Positions 62,376 to 64,000 of a stretch of DNA of 64,000 nt are shown here, in pieces. The stretch is from an uncultured Solirubrobacteraceae bacterium. Lineage in GTDB: Bacteria; Actinomycetota; Thermoleophilia; Solirubrobacterales; Solirubrobacteraceae. Each line of letters opens with the position of its first letter. Positions within the stretch are counted from its first letter, which is position 1. Under the pieces are notes generated by a model. It was not told where the DNA came from, searched no databases, and saw only the letters and a list, made by a program, of their open reading frames with translations. The position numbers and the translations under genes were made by a program. The DNA is taken from positions 22,247-86,246 of the forward strand of contig CAWJNZ010000006.1 of NCBI GenBank assembly GCA_963844405.1. Reading direction: 5' to 3'.

Positions 62376-63401
62376 ATGTCGAAGCGGCCGGTCTTCGTGG
62401 GCGGCTGCCCGCGCTCGGGGACGACCCTGGTGCGCGTCATGCTCGACGCGCACCCCGAGTTGGCGATCCCGGGCGAGACGCGGATCCTGGTCGACGGCTA
62501 CCGGGCCCGCGCACGCTGGGGGAACCTCGAGGACCCCGAGAACCGGCGCCGGCTGGCGCGCTGGGTGGTGGAGCGCAAGCTGTCGCACCACGAGCGGCTC
62601 ACCCCGGACGCCGACGAGCTCGTCGAGCGCATGGTCGCGGCTCCGCCCACGATCGGGTCGGTGCTCGCGGCCGGCTTCGAGCTGTACGCCGAGCGCCACG
62701 GCAAGGCCCGCTGGGGCGACAAGCGGCCGAGCCTCGTGCTCAACCTCGACGCCGTGTTCGCGATGTTCCCCGACGCGCAGTACGTGAACATCGTGCGCGA
62801 CCCGCGGGCGGTCGTCGCCTCGATCCGCCGCGTCGGCCGGCAGCAGCGCTGGGGCGGGCACGGGATCGCGGGCGGCGTCGAGAAGTGGGAGCGCTCGCTG
62901 CGGGCGGCCGACCGCTGGCGTCGCCGGCTGCGTTCCGACCAGTTCCACGAGCTGCGCTACGAGGACCTGGTGGCGGACCCCGCCGCGGTGCTCGAGCGGC
63001 TCGTCGCGTTCCTCGAGCTCGACCCAGGCGGGCTCGACGCCATGCTCCGCCACCACGAGACCACGGAGGTGCGCAGCGCCAGGCTGCACCGGCTCGTCTC
63101 ACAGCCGGTGACCACCGAGGCGGTGCGCACCTGGGAGCAGGCGCTCCGCCCGCGGCAGGTGGCCTTCATCGAGAGCGTGCTCGGCGATCGCATGATCCGG
63201 TACGGCTACGAGCCGGCGGCGACCGGACGGCCCGTGCCCGAGAAGCTCGAGCAGCGGTACCGCAAGCGCCGGCGGGCGATGCGCGTGCTGGGAGCCAAGC
63301 GCCGGGCGCGCGGGCTGGTCGTGCGGCTCACGTACCGCCGCCCGGTCGCGGCCCAGTCCTCCGGCGGGGTGCTCGACCGCTCCGGGACGCAGGTCACGTA
63401 G
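62376..63401 (+). CDS. Sulfotransferase-family protein
   Basis: ATG at 62376. PVFVGGCPRSGTTLV (5'-PSB loop) and VNIVRDPRAVVAS (3'-PB-like). Confidence 0.8.
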   Translation: MSKRPVFVGGCPRSGTTLVRVMLDAHPELAIPGETRILVDGYRARARWGNLEDPENRRRLARWVVERKLSHHERLTPDADELVERMVAAPPTIGSVLAAGFELYAERHGKARWGDKRPSLVLNLDAVFAMFPDAQYVNIVRDPRAVVASIRRVGRQQRWGGHGIAGGVEKWERSLRAADRWRRRLRSDQFHELRYEDLVADPAAVLERLVAFLELDPGGLDAMLRHHETTEVRSARLHRLVSQPVTTEAVRTWEQALRPRQVAFIESVLGDRMIRYGYEPAATGRPVPEKLEQRYRKRRRAMRVLGAKRRARGLVVRLTYRRPVAAQSSGGVLDRSGTQVT

Positions 63402-63439
63402 CGCTTGGTGAAGCTCAGGCGCGCACGGCGCGCACGCAA

Positions 63440-63760
63440 CCGTCGCCGGCGAACGTCAACTGCGGCTGGGTGGGGTGGGTGGTGCTTTTCTGCACCCGCG
63501 GCGGGATGACGTCGATGAGGGATGCAGTTGCGCACCTATACGGTGCGGTTCTCCACCATCAGCGCGCGAACTGGTCGGATGATGCAGTTCGGCACCGGTG
63601 CGCAACGTCAACGGCGCGGCGGGTGAGCGCGCCCTGTTGACGTTTGGCACCTATACGGTGCCGAACGTCAACGCCCGCGCTCGAAGCGGCGCTCGGTTGA
63701 CGAAATGCACCGCCAAACCGGCCCACCGCCCTCAATGCCCGCAGTTGACCCGCGCTCTGG
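63440..63760. repeat. Array of nested palindromic repeats in a convergent intergenic region
   Basis: AACGTCAAC occurs at 63452, 63604 and 63664. Its complement GTTGACG(TT) occurs at 63636 and 63696, and GTTGAC at 63744. GCACC-(0 or 5 nt)-GGTGC occurs at 63532, 63592 and 63647, and GGTGC-ttttct-GCACC at 63481. GATGCAGTT occurs at 63521 and 63581. Two about 55-nt tandem units span 63592..63644 and 63647..63702. Confidence 0.6.
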
Positions 63761-63786
63761 AGGCGCAGGAGAGCTGGGGCGGCGGC

Positions 63787-64000
63787 TCACGTACCTTCGG
63801 TGAACCGGTACGTGGTCTGGGCGTGCGGGTCCTTGGCGAAGGCGATGACCTTCGACGGCTCGATCCTGAACACCGGCACCGGGTCCTCGCTCTCGGCGTT
63901 CCGGAACGCGCCGCCGGCGACCTGGAACCGCCACACCTCGCCGTACTTGGCGACGTAGGCCTCGGCGAGCCGCCGCAGCGCGTCGTCGTCCGTGACCCGC
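63787..64000 (-). CDS. PPOX-family (FMN-binding split-barrel) protein, C-terminal part; 5' end outside the window
   Basis: Read directly from the sequence: ...AEAYVAKYGEVWRFQVAGGAFRNAESEDPVPVFRIEPSKVIAFAKDPHAQTTYRFTEGT, with the stop at 63787..63789. Not in the track because there is no start in the window. Confidence 0.55.
   Translation of the reverse strand, partial: RVTDDDALRRLAEAYVAKYGEVWRFQVAGGAFRNAESEDPVPVFRIEPSKVIAFAKDPHAQTTYRFTEGT

Noticed and set aside
63466-63484. G-rich tract (GGG T GGGG T GGG T GG) as a G-quadruplex
   Set aside because: There are only three full G3 runs. Such tracts are common in this base composition, and nothing else supports a function.
63590-63702. Possible miniature CRISPR array (repeats about 55 nt apart)
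   Set aside because: There are only two full units. The repeats differ by a 5-nt indel. The intervening sequences are themselves palindromic partners of the repeats. No cas genes or leader are present. This is better described as nested palindromes.

Overview
Very GC-rich, actinobacterial-style chromosomal segment (third codon positions almost all G/C). It carries about 60 tightly packed protein-coding genes with many ATGA/GTGA 4-nt overlaps. Several divergent gene pairs have almost no intergenic DNA, which suggests leaderless mRNAs. I recognised no rRNA, tRNA, CRISPR array, transposase or integrase.

Most content is core or peripheral metabolism:
- sucCD, gpsA, glycerate kinase and a sirA-cysD-cysN sulfate-assimilation operon.
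- Three acyl-CoA carboxylase systems: accA-type BC-BCCP, pccB-type carboxyltransferase, and a 1764-aa single-chain BC-BCCP-CT enzyme.
- A kynurenine-pathway cluster, a secreted pullulanase, a MoxR-VWA-DUF58-VWA operon, HtrA, PepT and an ABC-F ATPase.
- Many single regulators (IclR, LysR, DtxR, HxlR, ECF sigma, CGNR, RHH, AraC-like).

Three things stand out:
1. At 37.6-41.0 kb, five fully translationally coupled genes form a WXG/T7SS-type polymorphic toxin cassette: an EspC/WXG-like helper, a WxG-domain toxin with a C-terminal WHH (HNH/EndoVII) nuclease module, a SUKH/SMI1-KNR4 immunity gene, and two coupled ORFs of unknown function. The toxin gene is frameshifted between its delivery and nuclease parts.
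2. Reading-frame breaks are strongly clustered. There are at least 8 in the 1.4 kb HxlR + ATP-dependent DNA ligase pair and at least 4 in the first 2.8 kb. There are single breaks in sucC, kynU, the toxin and one hypothetical gene, and none in a 5.3 kb ORF. This indicates either real local gene decay or locally poor assembly.
3. There are unexplained non-coding structures:
- a ~320-nt array of nested palindromes between two convergent genes at 63.4-63.8 kb, with an 18-nt satellite copy at 45.15 kb;
- a perfect 10+10 palindrome abutting an RHH gene start;
- 19-nt direct repeats upstream of htrA.

All functional calls come from motif recognition by eye. No database search was run.
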